64,000 nucleotides of DNA from Eledone cirrhosa. Its lineage: Eukaryota. The stretch's first letter is position 1. Each line of letters starts with the position of its first letter. The stretch spans positions 86,428,001 through 86,492,000 of the forward strand of contig OZ024746.1 of the NCBI GenBank assembly GCA_964016885.1, written 5' to 3'. This document shows, one piece after another, positions 63,175 through 64,000 of the stretch. The translations under genes were made by a program, and so were the position numbers. The notes beneath the pieces are model-generated. The model was not told the origin of the DNA. It made no database searches and saw only the letters and a program-made list of their open reading frames with translations.

Positions 63175-64000
63175 GTAAGTTGCTTTTCTTTTTACTTTGG
63201 TTATTTACTTTTTTTTTATATTTTTTAACATATACAAGATGTGCCATAATTATCTTCCTGTTAGGAAATGTGAATAAAAGAAACCATACTGATGTGAAAG
63301 TTGATTTCCAAAGTAAAACAATCGTGTAATTTTATATACTCTCAGGTATCAAATTATGTCCCCCTCCCTCCCTCCTTCTGCCTGTTTATTTAATTTTGGT
63401 AATCTATCTCTGGCTCTGGCGAAAATTTATTTTAATTTTCTTCATACATTAAAAATAACAAAAAAGTATATTACTACAAATCTCGTGCGTTATAAAATAA
63501 ATATGGTGTGTTGGAGTTTCAATATGTAAACTAAATGACTAATTCTGGTTTTTAAAAAAAATCAATGGAGACAACCTAGAAAAATTACTGATTCCCCCTC
63601 CCCCCCCCCCCCATTATTTGAGACCCAAGAGTAGTTCCTTATCTAATAGGTCATGAATTTAACCCACTTATTACCATATTTTAATGAGAGACACTGACTT
63701 TGATTTTAAATTAATTTTGAAAATAATCAAGAATTTGGAGAATTTAGTAATATAACTAATCAAGAATTTGGAGAATTTAGTAATATAACTAACTTTCTCA
63801 TTAAGCTGGTGTTTGGAGTATAATGTTATTAGAATCATGATTGAAGGTCATCAGATAAATATAAACACTTTAACCCTTTAGCATTTAAACCGGCTGTATC
63901 CGACCAGAATCTTTTCCCTTTTTGAAACCGGACGGATACATCAGCTCACAACGTTAACATATCGTTCTTAAAATAAACAATAACATCATCAAAATGTTGT

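Overview
This is AT-rich, repeat-dense eukaryotic DNA. The SINE and LINE types look cephalopod (Octopus-like), which is an inference from the repeats. The only host gene I can support is the 5' part of a mitochondrial pyrimidine-nucleotide carrier (SLC25A33/SLC25A36, Rim2 family) on the + strand. Four coding exons (7569-7609, 26529-26771, 41279-41356, 63074-63174) splice in frame across introns of about 19, 14.5 and 21.7 kb, and the gene runs off the right end. Intron 3 holds an apparently intact full-length RTE-clade LINE (48152-52310). It has one 1039-aa ORF (AP endonuclease, RT, PHD-type zinc finger) and a 4 x 98-bp tandem 5' leader. A 5'-truncated sister RTE lies at 44191-46400. The rest is tRNA-derived SINEs, TTAA piggyBac-type MITEs, hAT/pogo/Helitron-like non-autonomous elements, decayed LINEs and microsatellites. 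The most interesting signals are: (i) a CORE-SINE whose tail is a chimera of two different RTE lineages, both present in the window; (ii) the PHD finger and monomeric leader of the intact LINE; (iii) several long palindromic elements next to (TA)n tracts, some with degenerate hammerhead-like cores; (iv) an HDV-ribozyme-like 5' end on a short non-coding RTE-like element. Repeat boundaries were read by eye and are approximate unless a TSD is quoted.
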